A DNA stretch of 64,000 bases from Candidatus Anderseniibacteriota bacterium (GTDB taxonomy: Bacteria > Patescibacteriota > Andersenbacteria > UBA10190). Where the stretch lies: NCBI GenBank assembly GCA_016197005.1, contig JACPWO010000004.1:70305-134304 (forward strand), in the 5' to 3' direction. Below are positions 1 to 9,333 of this stretch, piece after piece; the stretch's first letter is position 1, and every line of letters begins with the position of its first letter. A program made the translations under genes and the position numbers. The notes under the pieces were generated by a model, which searched no databases, was not told the origin of the DNA, and saw only the letters and a program-made list of their open reading frames with translations.

Positions 1-960
1 ATAAGCCACGGTTTCAGCACGAATAAAGCCTCGTTCAAAGTCTGAGTGAATCTTTCCGGCAGCTTGTGGTGCCTTAGATCCTCCTTGTACTGTCCAGGCT
101 CGACTCTCTTGCTTACCCGTCGTAAAGAAGGTAATTAAGTTGAGTAGGGTATAGCTCGCTTGAATGAGACGCTCAAGCCCAGTTGCATGCAGACCGTATT
201 CTGCCAAAAAAGTAGTTCGCTCTTCGTCAGAGAGCTCAACTAATTCTTGCTCAATTTTTACTGAAATTGGCAGGACAGGAGAGTGTTGTTTGGCAAATTC
301 TTTTACCAGGCTGTCAGCGGAAGCAATTTGCGATTCACTTACGTTGGCCAGGTACAGAACAGGTTTAGCGGTGAGAAGGTGAACCATGTGCTGCACTTCT
401 TCGTCTTGCTCTGTCAAAACAACGTCGCGAGCTGGTTTGCCGGCCGACAGAAGCTCTTCATATTTAGTGAGCAGAGTATCGAGAATGAGAGATTCTTTAT
501 CTTTTCCTTTTATTTTTTTCTCCAAATTAGCTCGCATCTTTTGGACAGTCGCCAGGTCAGCCAGCGCCAGCTCTGTGTTAATCGTTTCAACGTCTCGAAT
601 GGGATCAACTGAGGAATCGACATGAATAATGTCGGCGTTATCGAAAAAGCGGACAACGTGAACAATGGCATCTACTTCACGAATATTAGCTAAAAATTTA
701 TTGCCTAGTCCTTCGCCCTCATGAGCTCCTCGTACCAGTCCGGCGATATCTACAAATTCAATCGTGGTAGGAGTAATTTTTTCAGATTCGGAAATTTCAG
801 TAAGGCGGGCGAGTCGTTTGTCTGGTACTGCTACAATACCGATATTGGGATCAATAGTCGTAAAGGGCACGTTTTGGGCCTTAGCTGCTTGTTTCGTAAG
901 TGCATTAAAAAGCGTCGATTTTCCGACATTTGGCAATCCAACGATTCCTACTCTTAGCAC
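1..960 (-). CDS. ychF: Redox-regulated ATPase YchF (3' end runs off window; missing from ORF track)
   Basis: Manual translation from GTG at 960: MLRVGIVGLPNVGKSTLFNALT...PFTTIDPN...FVDIAGLV...GEGLGNKFL...FFTTG...RAWT...APQAAGKIHSDFERGFIRAE. Confidence 0.97.
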   Translation of the reverse strand, partial: MLRVGIVGLPNVGKSTLFNALTKQAAKAQNVPFTTIDPNIGIVAVPDKRLARLTEISESEKITPTTIEFVDIAGLVRGAHEGEGLGNKFLANIREVDAIVHVVRFFDNADIIHVDSSVDPIRDVETINTELALADLATVQKMRANLEKKIKGKDKESLILDTLLTKYEELLSAGKPARDVVLTEQDEEVQHMVHLLTAKPVLYLANVSESQIASADSLVKEFAKQHSPVLPISVKIEQELVELSDEERTTFLAEYGLHATGLERLIQASYTLLNLITFFTTGKQESRAWTVQGGSKAPQAAGKIHSDFERGFIRAETVAY

Positions 961-2587
961 GATATTGGAACTTTACGGGTAATGACCTTGACTGTAGCGG
1001 AATCTGCACCTGTAATTCAACTTCTTCGCGTTCAACCACCACCTTTTTGACAATATTGCTGATGAGAAGCATTTTGTCTTTCTCAGCCATTCGGCGGAGC
1101 ACATTAGCTGCTACCTGACATAGTTCGTCGACACTCTCTGCCGGTTTAGTGGCTTCTGTTTGCAATGCTGCCATCTGCTTATCGTATAATTTTAACCTCC
1201 TCTTGGCATCCCGGCTGAACTTCCGGAATTGCTCAAAGGGCATGTCCCCAGCACCATAGGCTTTCGTATAGCGGTCGTGTTCGGCTGTGACCTTTTTGGT
1301 GAGATGCTGTAACTCACGCACTTCGCGGGTGGCTGCAGTACCCTTTGCCTGGGTTTTGATATCAACCTCTGCCTGACTTTGCAGAATCGTAGGATCGGTC
1401 ATGATTTTTTCTAGCGTTGCCCATACTGCGGCGTCGAGGGCTTCAGCGTTAATACCGGAAAGCATGCACTCTGTCGGCTTAGGATGATTGTAGATACGTT
1501 GGGCGCAGCGATAGTACCGATTATTATATCCACCAGGATCACCCACGCGCCGATGGCCGCATTCACAAAAGACTTTTCCGGAAAGCAGATAAGAGCGTTT
1601 ACGGTTCTTGGCCTTGCGTCGTTTGTTTTCATCCAGAATCAGTTGCGCTTTCTCAAACGTGCCGTCGTCTTCCAGAATTGGCGGTACCGAGTAGGCAATC
1701 CAATCTTTCTCGTCTCTCAGCCGCCGGCTGCTTTTCTTAACACGGCGGTACTCATTATTTTTAATCGGGTTTTTAGGCACAATAGCCTCGTGCTTATTAA
1801 AGTAAACCTTGCCCTCGACATATGACTTGCAGGTGAGGATTCGTTCCAGCGGCCCTGTTGTCCAGCTATCACTTTTTTGTTTGCGGGGCATTATTTTCAT
1901 CGCGTAGAGTCGCTCAATAATTTGCCTTAAGCTAACCCGCTCGTCGACGAACCAGTGAAAAATGAGCCTGATAATATGGGACTCTTCTTCATCAATTACA
2001 TATTCGCGTGTCTCATCCTTTTTATCTCCGGACGCACCTGGCGTGCGGACAATCTTCCAGCCATATAATGCGTGGCCGTTGACCAGGCGTCCCCCTTCAG
2101 CCCGGCGCAGCTTGGCAATACGAAACCGATCGGCGATTTTGAATCGTTCCCATTCGGAGAAGAGACCTTGCATGCCCTGGAATAGACGATCCTCGTCAGT
2201 GACGACTTCTTTATCGTGAAGGGGTAAGAAGCGAATGCTACGATCCTCTAGTTCCTCAATAACAATTTCTTGGTATGAATATTTCCGGGCAATGCGACCA
2301 CGGTCGTAGGTATACAGCACTTGGAATTTTCCATCTAAAGCTGCCTTGCGCATGTCATCGAGGCCGGGGCGCTTAAGGATGGTACCCGTCCATCCATCAT
2401 CAAGGAAAATATTCTCTTTGGCCAATTCATTGCCATCACTAGTCACCCGAGCTTTTATGTCCGCAATCTGCACCTCAATCGTCTCCTCATCCTCCTGACG
2501 GGCGGTTGAGACACGAGCATATAGTGCAGCAATCTGTGATTGCAACTTTATAGGCGCGTCAGTAAAATTGGCATTGGATGATGGCAT
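905..2587 (-). CDS. Large serine recombinase (integrase)
   Basis: Catalytic YARVST, DDGWTG...RPGL, DRGRIAR; recombinase domain; zinc ribbon CECG...YYRC; coiled coil; 560 aa. Confidence 0.95.
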   Translation of the reverse strand: MPSSNANFTDAPIKLQSQIAALYARVSTARQEDEETIEVQIADIKARVTSDGNELAKENIFLDDGWTGTILKRPGLDDMRKAALDGKFQVLYTYDRGRIARKYSYQEIVIEELEDRSIRFLPLHDKEVVTDEDRLFQGMQGLFSEWERFKIADRFRIAKLRRAEGGRLVNGHALYGWKIVRTPGASGDKKDETREYVIDEEESHIIRLIFHWFVDERVSLRQIIERLYAMKIMPRKQKSDSWTTGPLERILTCKSYVEGKVYFNKHEAIVPKNPIKNNEYRRVKKSSRRLRDEKDWIAYSVPPILEDDGTFEKAQLILDENKRRKAKNRKRSYLLSGKVFCECGHRRVGDPGGYNNRYYRCAQRIYNHPKPTECMLSGINAEALDAAVWATLEKIMTDPTILQSQAEVDIKTQAKGTAATREVRELQHLTKKVTAEHDRYTKAYGAGDMPFEQFRKFSRDAKRRLKLYDKQMAALQTEATKPAESVDELCQVAANVLRRMAEKDKMLLISNIVKKVVVEREEVELQVQIPLQSRSLPVKFQYRAKSRNRWIAKCRKIDAF

Positions 2588-2672
2588 AGTTCGTCATCTG
2601 CCAGAGGCCGCAGGTTACATCGTGGTCTCTGGTTTTAGTTAATGGCTATGTTGGCGCAGATAAGTGCATATT

Positions 2673-2873
2673 TTACGAATGAGTATTATCCACTTTTGGC
2701 GCATCAGGATGATAGCTCTGAGTTGGCGTTCCAGCATCTCGACTTGCGCGCTCCTTTTGGAGCTCTTTTCGGGCTAGTGAAAATAGTAGGGCGAAGCCAG
2801 CCAGCGCGTAGTCTTGGCTGTCGGGGTCGGCGGCGTAGGTCAGCCGAATCGTTACTGGCTTTACCCGCTTCAC
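2673..2873 (-). CDS. Small hypothetical protein upstream of integrase
   Basis: 66 aa; 4-nt overlap with upstream ORF; co-oriented with integrase. Confidence 0.5.
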   Translation of the reverse strand: MKRVKPVTIRLTYAADPDSQDYALAGFALLFSLARKELQKERASRDAGTPTQSYHPDAPKVDNTHS

Positions 2874-3187
2874 CGGAGGATTTTTTTCAAATCAGCGAAC
2901 GTCAAACCTTGAAAACCGATCAGCGCAGGGATATCAATATTTTCTTCTACTTTACCGGCGTAGACGATATTCTCTTTTTGGAGATCGTCTAGTTCACTTT
3001 GCAACTCCTTGTCAGTCCAATGTGCGGTGCCGCGCCAGCCATACTGAATAATCTCTTCCAAACCGTCGGTATTTTGGGCGTAAACGATGTCTGTTCGCTT
3101 GTCACTGAAGATGAGCCATTCTGCTTGGTCTCGGTCGAACTCTCTTCCAAACGCTCTGAAGCTAGCCGCCTCATTTGTTTTTTTCAT
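2870..3187 (-). CDS. Hypothetical protein
   Basis: 105 aa ORF in co-oriented operon, protein-like composition. Confidence 0.65.
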   Translation of the reverse strand: MKKTNEAASFRAFGREFDRDQAEWLIFSDKRTDIVYAQNTDGLEEIIQYGWRGTAHWTDKELQSELDDLQKENIVYAGKVEENIDIPALIGFQGLTFADLKKILR

Positions 3188-3251
3188 TGCTTTAATTCAA
3201 TTAAGACTTAATGGGAATGCCGGGAGAGGGATTACCCCTCCCGGCCTTGTG

Positions 3252-3647
3252 TCATTTTTGGACATTACGCAATTGGCCACAGTGAGGACAGTGGACGCGC
3301 TGTTGTATTGCAATCAATTCAGCTCCCGCTTTCTCCAATTCAAGGCCTATCAAAAACTGCTTAATAACAGATCGTGCCAAGCGGCTACTGTCAATCACCA
3401 ACACCCTGTCAACCTTGCCCTCACGCGCATCGTCTAACAGCCGTTTCAATGCCGGGCGATCAGCGTTTGAGCCACTACCGATGTCTTTGTAGGAAATACT
3501 CCCATTGCCCCCGCTACGGCGGACATAAGCCTGTAACTGCTGCTCTTGCTGGTCATTCTTCTTGTCACTTTGTTGACCAGAAGCGGATCGGATGTACAGC
3601 GCAACTTTTCGTTCTTTCAAATTCAAATCAGTCATTTCAATCATCAC
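3252..3647 (-). CDS. Resolvase-type serine recombinase catalytic domain only, with C-terminal CxxC
   Basis: VALYIRSAS, YKDIGSG...RPAL, DSSRLAR; ends HCPHCG; no HTH. Confidence 0.85.
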   Translation of the reverse strand: MMIEMTDLNLKERKVALYIRSASGQQSDKKNDQQEQQLQAYVRRSGGNGSISYKDIGSGSNADRPALKRLLDDAREGKVDRVLVIDSSRLARSVIKQFLIGLELEKAGAELIAIQQRVHCPHCGQLRNVQK

Positions 3648-5250
3648 CTCCTTTCTGCAAGTGCTGAGATTCTGGTCTACCCGTTAAAGAATGGTCAGAA
3701 TGGACACTTTGAAGCTGGGTGGCATAATTCTGTCCATTGTGTCCATAAGTTTTAAGGTAATCAGGGTGAACTTCTAATGTGGGCGATGGATTCCTGCCCG
3801 CCCCCGGTTTTCGATCTGATTGTAATTCTCGGATATAGCCATGCCTTATAAGCAGGTTGAGAGGGGACTCCAAATCGTCTATTTTTGGCAACTTACCCCG
3901 TGCGCGTCGGTGAAGTTCTCGTTTCGTGACAGAGCTTTTGTCAGTCTCCTTAATCCAACCTAGGAGATATTTTGCCAGCTCAACATCTGAATCCGCTTTC
4001 AATAATCCATGGGCAGCGCGAGCGTGCTCGGCGAGATAGTCACCGATTTCAATTGCACGATAAACTGTCTCGGGTGAAATCAAATCATCCCACGGCGCGG
4101 GATGGGCGTGATGATCACCGAGATGTAACAATCCAGCCACCCGAGCGACCGTTCCAACCAACTTTGATGCCCAATTGATAAAGCCGTGGTAATCCCCATA
4201 GGGAGCTAGTTTCGGCTCAATGGTGGATGCGTAATAATCGAACACATCACTGGCTTCCGGTGAGAAGCGCAGCAGCCAAGCTTTTGGTTTTTTGTGATCG
4301 TCTGTATCTCCCTTGAGACGAAAGAGATTCAAAATGAGGCGGTCATAATTATCAACAATATGTTGCGGTACTGGTGGTACTTTGATTTCGCGGTGTCCAA
4401 CATTAGATTGTGGGAATGCCGGCAATATTCTAGCGACGAGTCCACGCTCAACGAGCTGAGGTACTTTACCCATTTCTTGGAACACAATGGGCTGAATGGT
4501 TAGTACCATTGTTAGAGCAGGCCGATTTAGTACCCCACCCTGCCGTGTTACGCGATCAATAATGTGGGTATCACCGTCATGCGCCTTTAGAAAAATTCCT
4601 AGATTTGGTTGGCCCTGTTTGTCGTATCGCCCGCCAATAATCGAAAAGGCATCCGTATCTGCTGAGAGCAGGCCAATACGCTCTCCCTGTTCCAGTAAGA
4701 TCGAAACAACTTTCTCTGGCGTAACATCATCGACGACAAATCGTCGGTATACTAGAGGTCGCATTTTGGAAAAATCAACAGCCAGCGCGTTCGCAATGCT
4801 TTTCTTCTCTTCAAGTTCTTCTGGTTTTGCTTTTGCGGCTTCGTCCTGTGCATGCTTAACGCGTTTACGCATGATCTCGTATTCGCTTTGAGATTCCTCG
4901 ACCGATTCCTTCATTTCGGCGCGTAAGTCCTTTTCGAACTCGTAAATGCACCGCGTAGCGTGACTAAACACAGATGACTTTCTACCACCGGATGGGATCA
5001 GCACGAGAATGTAGACTGATAGCGTCTCCACCCATCCAGGTTTAATAAAAACATCCACTTTGCGCTGAATTGCAGTGGCAAGGACACCGAGGCCAACGAG
5101 CGCTGGAAGATCAATAGGGGTTTGTGTGTTTACAGCTTCAGCCGCCACCCATTCCTGCAGGTCGAGCGGTAAAGTATGTAAGGGGAATGGAGGTAACTGA
5201 TACTCATCAAATGGTGTGATGGGCTCCCATTGTGGCGAATCGTTTTTCAT
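3637..5250 (-). CDS. DUF3987/YfjI-family replication protein (P-loop)
   Basis: PPFPLHTLP N-terminus, PSGGRKSS Walker A-like, DDVTPEK, DRVTR, RGLVARIL; C-terminal wHTH-like segment. Confidence 0.85.
   Translation of the reverse strand: MKNDSPQWEPITPFDEYQLPPFPLHTLPLDLQEWVAAEAVNTQTPIDLPALVGLGVLATAIQRKVDVFIKPGWVETLSVYILVLIPSGGRKSSVFSHATRCIYEFEKDLRAEMKESVEESQSEYEIMRKRVKHAQDEAAKAKPEELEEKKSIANALAVDFSKMRPLVYRRFVVDDVTPEKVVSILLEQGERIGLLSADTDAFSIIGGRYDKQGQPNLGIFLKAHDGDTHIIDRVTRQGGVLNRPALTMVLTIQPIVFQEMGKVPQLVERGLVARILPAFPQSNVGHREIKVPPVPQHIVDNYDRLILNLFRLKGDTDDHKKPKAWLLRFSPEASDVFDYYASTIEPKLAPYGDYHGFINWASKLVGTVARVAGLLHLGDHHAHPAPWDDLISPETVYRAIEIGDYLAEHARAAHGLLKADSDVELAKYLLGWIKETDKSSVTKRELHRRARGKLPKIDDLESPLNLLIRHGYIRELQSDRKPGAGRNPSPTLEVHPDYLKTYGHNGQNYATQLQSVHSDHSLTGRPESQHLQKGGDD
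3688..3749. repeat. Iteron-like site 1: two 9-mers, 26-bp spacer, two inverted 9-mers
   Basis: AGAATGGTC AGAATGGAC (3688-3705) ... GTCCATTGT GTCCATAAG (3732-3749). Confidence 0.75.
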
Positions 5251-5921
5251 AGGCGTTGTAATTCGCCGACCGCTTCCCGGAAGTTGCAGTTACGGATTCG
5301 TTGAACAAAGTCAATTGCATCGCCACCTTCATTGCAGGCACCGAAGCACCACCATCGCCCTTCTTCGGGGTAAACGAAAAAAGATGGAGTCTTATCTCGA
5401 TGAAATGGGCAGCGACCTTTAAAAGTTCGTCCAGATGGACGTAGTTCAACATCTCGAGCGACTACAACTTCGATATGGGCATTTTCCTTAATTGCGATGG
5501 TATCGATGTGTCCAGTAATTGCAACTGGCTTTGGCGAGAAAAAGTTTGTGCCATGACTGAGATCATAAAATTGGCCCAGAAATTGGGTACGTCGCTTGAT
5601 TTGCCACTGTTCACGACGCGTTTGTCGCACCATCCGTTGGTACAAACCACACAGGAAGCTATCAGCTGGGAGTTTTGGAATTATTTTATCTACATCATTC
5701 AGCCATTGTTCGTTATGGAGCTTCCGTAGGTATAAGTCGATAAGGTTTTGGACGACAACAAGCTGAATTTCTTTGTCGCGACCGAAAACCTCGATCAAAT
5801 ACTCCGGAGTGTGTTGATGGTCTTGCGCTCCTCGGCCAGATCCCTGTATAGTCGGAACATAAAGACTCTCCTTGATTCGCGTCGGGGCGATTTTTTTTGT
5901 TTTGGCATTAGGGGTCGCCAT
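5247..5921 (-). CDS. CHC2 zinc-finger (primase Zn-binding domain) protein
   Basis: CPFHRDKTPSF...WWCFGACNEGGDAIDF; no TOPRIM domain. Confidence 0.9.
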   Translation of the reverse strand: MATPNAKTKKIAPTRIKESLYVPTIQGSGRGAQDHQHTPEYLIEVFGRDKEIQLVVVQNLIDLYLRKLHNEQWLNDVDKIIPKLPADSFLCGLYQRMVRQTRREQWQIKRRTQFLGQFYDLSHGTNFFSPKPVAITGHIDTIAIKENAHIEVVVARDVELRPSGRTFKGRCPFHRDKTPSFFVYPEEGRWWCFGACNEGGDAIDFVQRIRNCNFREAVGELQRL

Positions 5922-6165
5922 ATGGTTGCTGGCCGTAGAGGCGGCTCTTCACGAATTTTGATTGTTGGTGGAAGGCCAGAGCGGAGACAGTAAGCCTTCC
6001 AGCCCAGTACTGTTTTTCCCACTCCGGAATTTCATCGCGCCAAGACAACACAAAAGCCGACCGACGATTACCGATCGGTCGAATTGACTCTAATGTGCAG
6101 CCTTTCACAACGAGAGCGGTGCACAATCCCAGGTCAGGTGTTTCAAATTCAAATGCTTTGTTCAT
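5908..6165 (-). CDS. DUF5659-like small phage protein
   Basis: TPDLGLCTAL...YWAGRLTVSALAF...KSRLY pattern; start placed at ATG 6165. Confidence 0.7.
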   Translation of the reverse strand: MNKAFEFETPDLGLCTALVVKGCTLESIRPIGNRRSAFVLSWRDEIPEWEKQYWAGRLTVSALAFHQQSKFVKSRLYGQQPYGDP

Positions 6166-6317
6166 ACAAGAAAGTTCTTTCTTGTATTTTCCCAGGAAAA
6201 GCCCTCTTTGGCGCGGTTTTAGGCCAAGTTTTGTTTTTGGCAAAACTGGCCCAGGATATGGCAATTTGGGTTATCTCATTTTTTCAAACTGCAATTCTCG
6301 TTTAGTTTTGCACACGG

Positions 6318-7526
6318 CTACTCGCGCAACTCAATAATCCAGGTCAAATGGTGGGCCATACGAAAGGCAGCATGGCGGCTGTAACGTGAGTTCTCGTTGT
6401 GCTTGTCGGAGAAACTCTGCCGAGCAGGTTTGCTTGTGATCCCCAAGAGGTCGTAACCGAACTTCAGGAGCTTTTCCCGCCAATCTTCCGTAGCCGGGAT
6501 CGTAAAAACATGCTTTTCAAAAATCTCATCAGCCGGTAAGGCTAAATCATCTCGCAACACCAAGTAGGCCTTATCAATCGTCTCATTCACCTTGGCTTGG
6601 GCATACGCCCGTTGCTCGGTGACTTTTTGAGTAGTCGGCCACTTCTCGTAAGCTTCGTGGTATATCTCCTTGGCTTTCTCTTGTATTGTGGCCTGAGTGT
6701 TCTCCCAGAGATTCAAAACGTCGAGATAGAATTTGAGGAAGTGGTAGTAATCTTTAATGTTTTGCTCAAACCGGCGGTGGGCGCTGGCCGTGAATTCCGC
6801 AGCTATTTTTTCCTCAATGATTTTTCTACCCTTCTCAATCAGAAAAAAGTTATTACTTTTGATAATCGGTTGTAGCTTCTTCTGAATGACATATAAGGGA
6901 TACAGTTGGTGGATAGAATAAAAGGATTCGTAGGAGTTACCCAAATCTTTAGGATCAGTGACGAAGAAGTCGTCAGGGGGCGGAGTATCGGACACTTCAT
7001 AGAAACTTTCCTTGGGCGGACTCACAACGCGTCGGCGGGAACGATATGGCTTAAGCCAATCTTTCACTGGCACGAATGTTTTCTGTGCAGGAGAGTACTC
7101 GATGTCACTCTGATGGAAATACCAACCCTGGCTGTAATACGTATTGGGGTCAACCGCCTCGCACTCTTCCAGGATTGGCGGGTGAGGAGGGCGGGGTCGC
7201 AGCTGATACCACGTTTTTCCTCTGCGTTTTAGCTGCTCTCGGGGCACATAATCCCAGGTTTTCAGTTTGACCAAGATTGGATTGCCTGTTTTCTCGTCAT
7301 GGGATAAGCCACTATGGTCTCTCAAAATACGCTTCCACTTGAGGATGCCACGATCAACCCGATCTACCGGCTGAAGCAGCCCAGTGCGTTCTAGGTAGGC
7401 TAGTTCCCAAGGATTTGTTTCCAAGCCTTGCTTTTTACAGAACCGAATGAAGGCGAAGCGGCGCAGCAGATCTTGGGGTCGGTAAGGCGTTTTAATCCCC
7501 TTTGCTATTGTAATTGTGTTTTTCAT
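6318..7526 (-). CDS. Hypothetical protein
   Basis: 402 aa ORF, no motif recognised. Confidence 0.7.
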   Translation of the reverse strand: MKNTITIAKGIKTPYRPQDLLRRFAFIRFCKKQGLETNPWELAYLERTGLLQPVDRVDRGILKWKRILRDHSGLSHDEKTGNPILVKLKTWDYVPREQLKRRGKTWYQLRPRPPHPPILEECEAVDPNTYYSQGWYFHQSDIEYSPAQKTFVPVKDWLKPYRSRRRVVSPPKESFYEVSDTPPPDDFFVTDPKDLGNSYESFYSIHQLYPLYVIQKKLQPIIKSNNFFLIEKGRKIIEEKIAAEFTASAHRRFEQNIKDYYHFLKFYLDVLNLWENTQATIQEKAKEIYHEAYEKWPTTQKVTEQRAYAQAKVNETIDKAYLVLRDDLALPADEIFEKHVFTIPATEDWREKLLKFGYDLLGITSKPARQSFSDKHNENSRYSRHAAFRMAHHLTWIIELRE

Positions 7527-7682
7527 GAATGCTCATTTACATAGGTTGGAGCAGAGGTGCCCCATATTTAGGATAGAAATCCTGTGCTGAGTGTGCTATG
7601 GTGTAGGTGACAAGGGAAGTCCAGATTTGCATGAATATGAGGATGAGAATGCCAAGCGGCATTTCTTTTTTATCTCACTCTC

Positions 7683-8927
7683 ATGCTCACCCTCACCGAG
7701 AAAAATGGGCGTACCTATGCCCCCATCAATCAGCTCAAAAACTGGGATAAAAACCCTCGCGGCATTACGAAGGACGGGTATGCACGTCTGAAAAAACAGA
7801 TTGAGACGCTTGGGGAATATAAGCCGCTTCTGGTAACTCCTGATGGTATGGTGCTGGGCGGGAATATGCGGCTCAAAGTATATCGAGACCTTAATAAGTC
7901 AGAAGCTTGGGTATCTGTCATCCATCCAAAGAATGAGAAGGAAATGCTGGAGTATGCGCTGTCAGACAACGACCGGGCAGGCTTTTATGAAGAAGAGAAA
8001 CTTGCCGAGCTTGCATTATCAGTGCCGGAGTTGGATTTGTCGTCATTTTCAGTTGACCTGGGCAAGCCCGTTGGCCTCGAGAGATTAGTGCAGTCGTTCG
8101 GGCCGGAGGCTGAGGAGGACAACTTCGATGAGGCACTACCAGAGGAGCCAGAGAGTAAAATTGGAGAGATTTACGAGCTTGGCCCTCATCGACTAATGTG
8201 CGGAGACAGTACAAATGAAGAGCATGTCCGGCATCTCATGAATGGCAAACGAGCGGTGCTATTTGCAACTGACCCTCCCTACCTCGTGGACTATGACGGA
8301 ACGAACCATCCGCATAAGTGGAATGACCCAGAAACGGTAAAGAAGCGCAAGAATAAGGACTGGAGCCCGACATATCATGATTGGGATGATGCTGCGCAGG
8401 GAGCAGAACTCTACGAAGGTTTTATCCGTGTGGCCATTGCGGAAGCGATTACACCTGATGCTGCTTGGTATTGCTGGCATGCCTCACGTAATGCAGCGAT
8501 GCTGGAAAAAGTATGGGAGCAGTTTGGCGCATTTGTTCACCAGCAGATCGTCTGGGTTAAAGACCGGCCGGTGCTCACGCGCTCTTGGTATATGTGGCAG
8601 CACGAGCCCTGTTTTTTCGGCTGGATTAAAGGCAAAAAACCACAGCGACTCGCACGCAACTATCCGTCTGGTGTATGGAGTATCCCGACAATCAAGCCCG
8701 GTACATCTACTGACCATCCTACAAGCAAGCCGGTGAAGCTCTTTGCCATTCCGATGCAGCAGCACACTAAGCCGGGAGATATTTGTTACGAAGCCTTTGC
8801 GGGATCGGGAAGCCAATTTATCGCTGCCGAGCAATTAGGTCGAATTTGTTACGCAATGGAGATTTCTCCAGCGTACTGCGACGTTATTCGTAAACGCTAT
8901 GAAGCCTATGTCAAAGATAAAAAATAA
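7683..8927 (+). CDS. ParB-like N-terminal domain + N6/N4 DNA methyltransferase
   Basis: KNPR...GGNMRL ParB-like; TDPPY, HPTSKP, EAFAGSGS (beta-class order). Confidence 0.92.
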   Translation: MLTLTEKNGRTYAPINQLKNWDKNPRGITKDGYARLKKQIETLGEYKPLLVTPDGMVLGGNMRLKVYRDLNKSEAWVSVIHPKNEKEMLEYALSDNDRAGFYEEEKLAELALSVPELDLSSFSVDLGKPVGLERLVQSFGPEAEEDNFDEALPEEPESKIGEIYELGPHRLMCGDSTNEEHVRHLMNGKRAVLFATDPPYLVDYDGTNHPHKWNDPETVKKRKNKDWSPTYHDWDDAAQGAELYEGFIRVAIAEAITPDAAWYCWHASRNAAMLEKVWEQFGAFVHQQIVWVKDRPVLTRSWYMWQHEPCFFGWIKGKKPQRLARNYPSGVWSIPTIKPGTSTDHPTSKPVKLFAIPMQQHTKPGDICYEAFAGSGSQFIAAEQLGRICYAMEISPAYCDVIRKRYEAYVKDKK

Positions 8928-9333
8928 GGCGGGGCGGAAGTGGTTTGACGGGAAGGACGAGGCAGTAGTTCTCGCGAAATGCAAAGAAGTTTGGGCTTTT
9001 GGCGGCAATGATGCCGAAGCTGCTTTTTACGCTGAGGTAAGCAAAGATTCTATTAGCCGATATTTGAAAGCGCACGATGATGTGCGGGAATTACGCGACA
9101 GATTGAAGGAGCAGCCGGTACTGCGAGCGCGAAAAACCGTAGTTGAGAACTTGAGTGACCCGCACATTGCCTTCCGCTACTTGGAACGAAAGCGCAAGGA
9201 CGAGTTTGCCGAACGGCAGGAGGTCAGCGGTGAGTTGCGGATTGGCCTATGGCAGCAGTTTGTTCGACAAGCTAATGAAGATGCCCCGAAATATCTCACA
9301 AAGCGAGGACGAGGTCGCGCGAAGACTGCTTAA
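8899..9333 (+). CDS. Probable terminase small subunit
   Basis: GRK...EAAFYAEVS HTH-like, YLERKRKDEF; directly upstream of and overlapping TerL. Confidence 0.75.
   Translation: MKPMSKIKNKAGRKWFDGKDEAVVLAKCKEVWAFGGNDAEAAFYAEVSKDSISRYLKAHDDVRELRDRLKEQPVLRARKTVVENLSDPHIAFRYLERKRKDEFAERQEVSGELRIGLWQQFVRQANEDAPKYLTKRGRGRAKTA

Noticed and set aside
164-982. Short plus-strand ORFs over ychF, and similar nested ORFs elsewhere in the track
   Set aside because: Antisense or alternate-frame shadows of well-supported genes.
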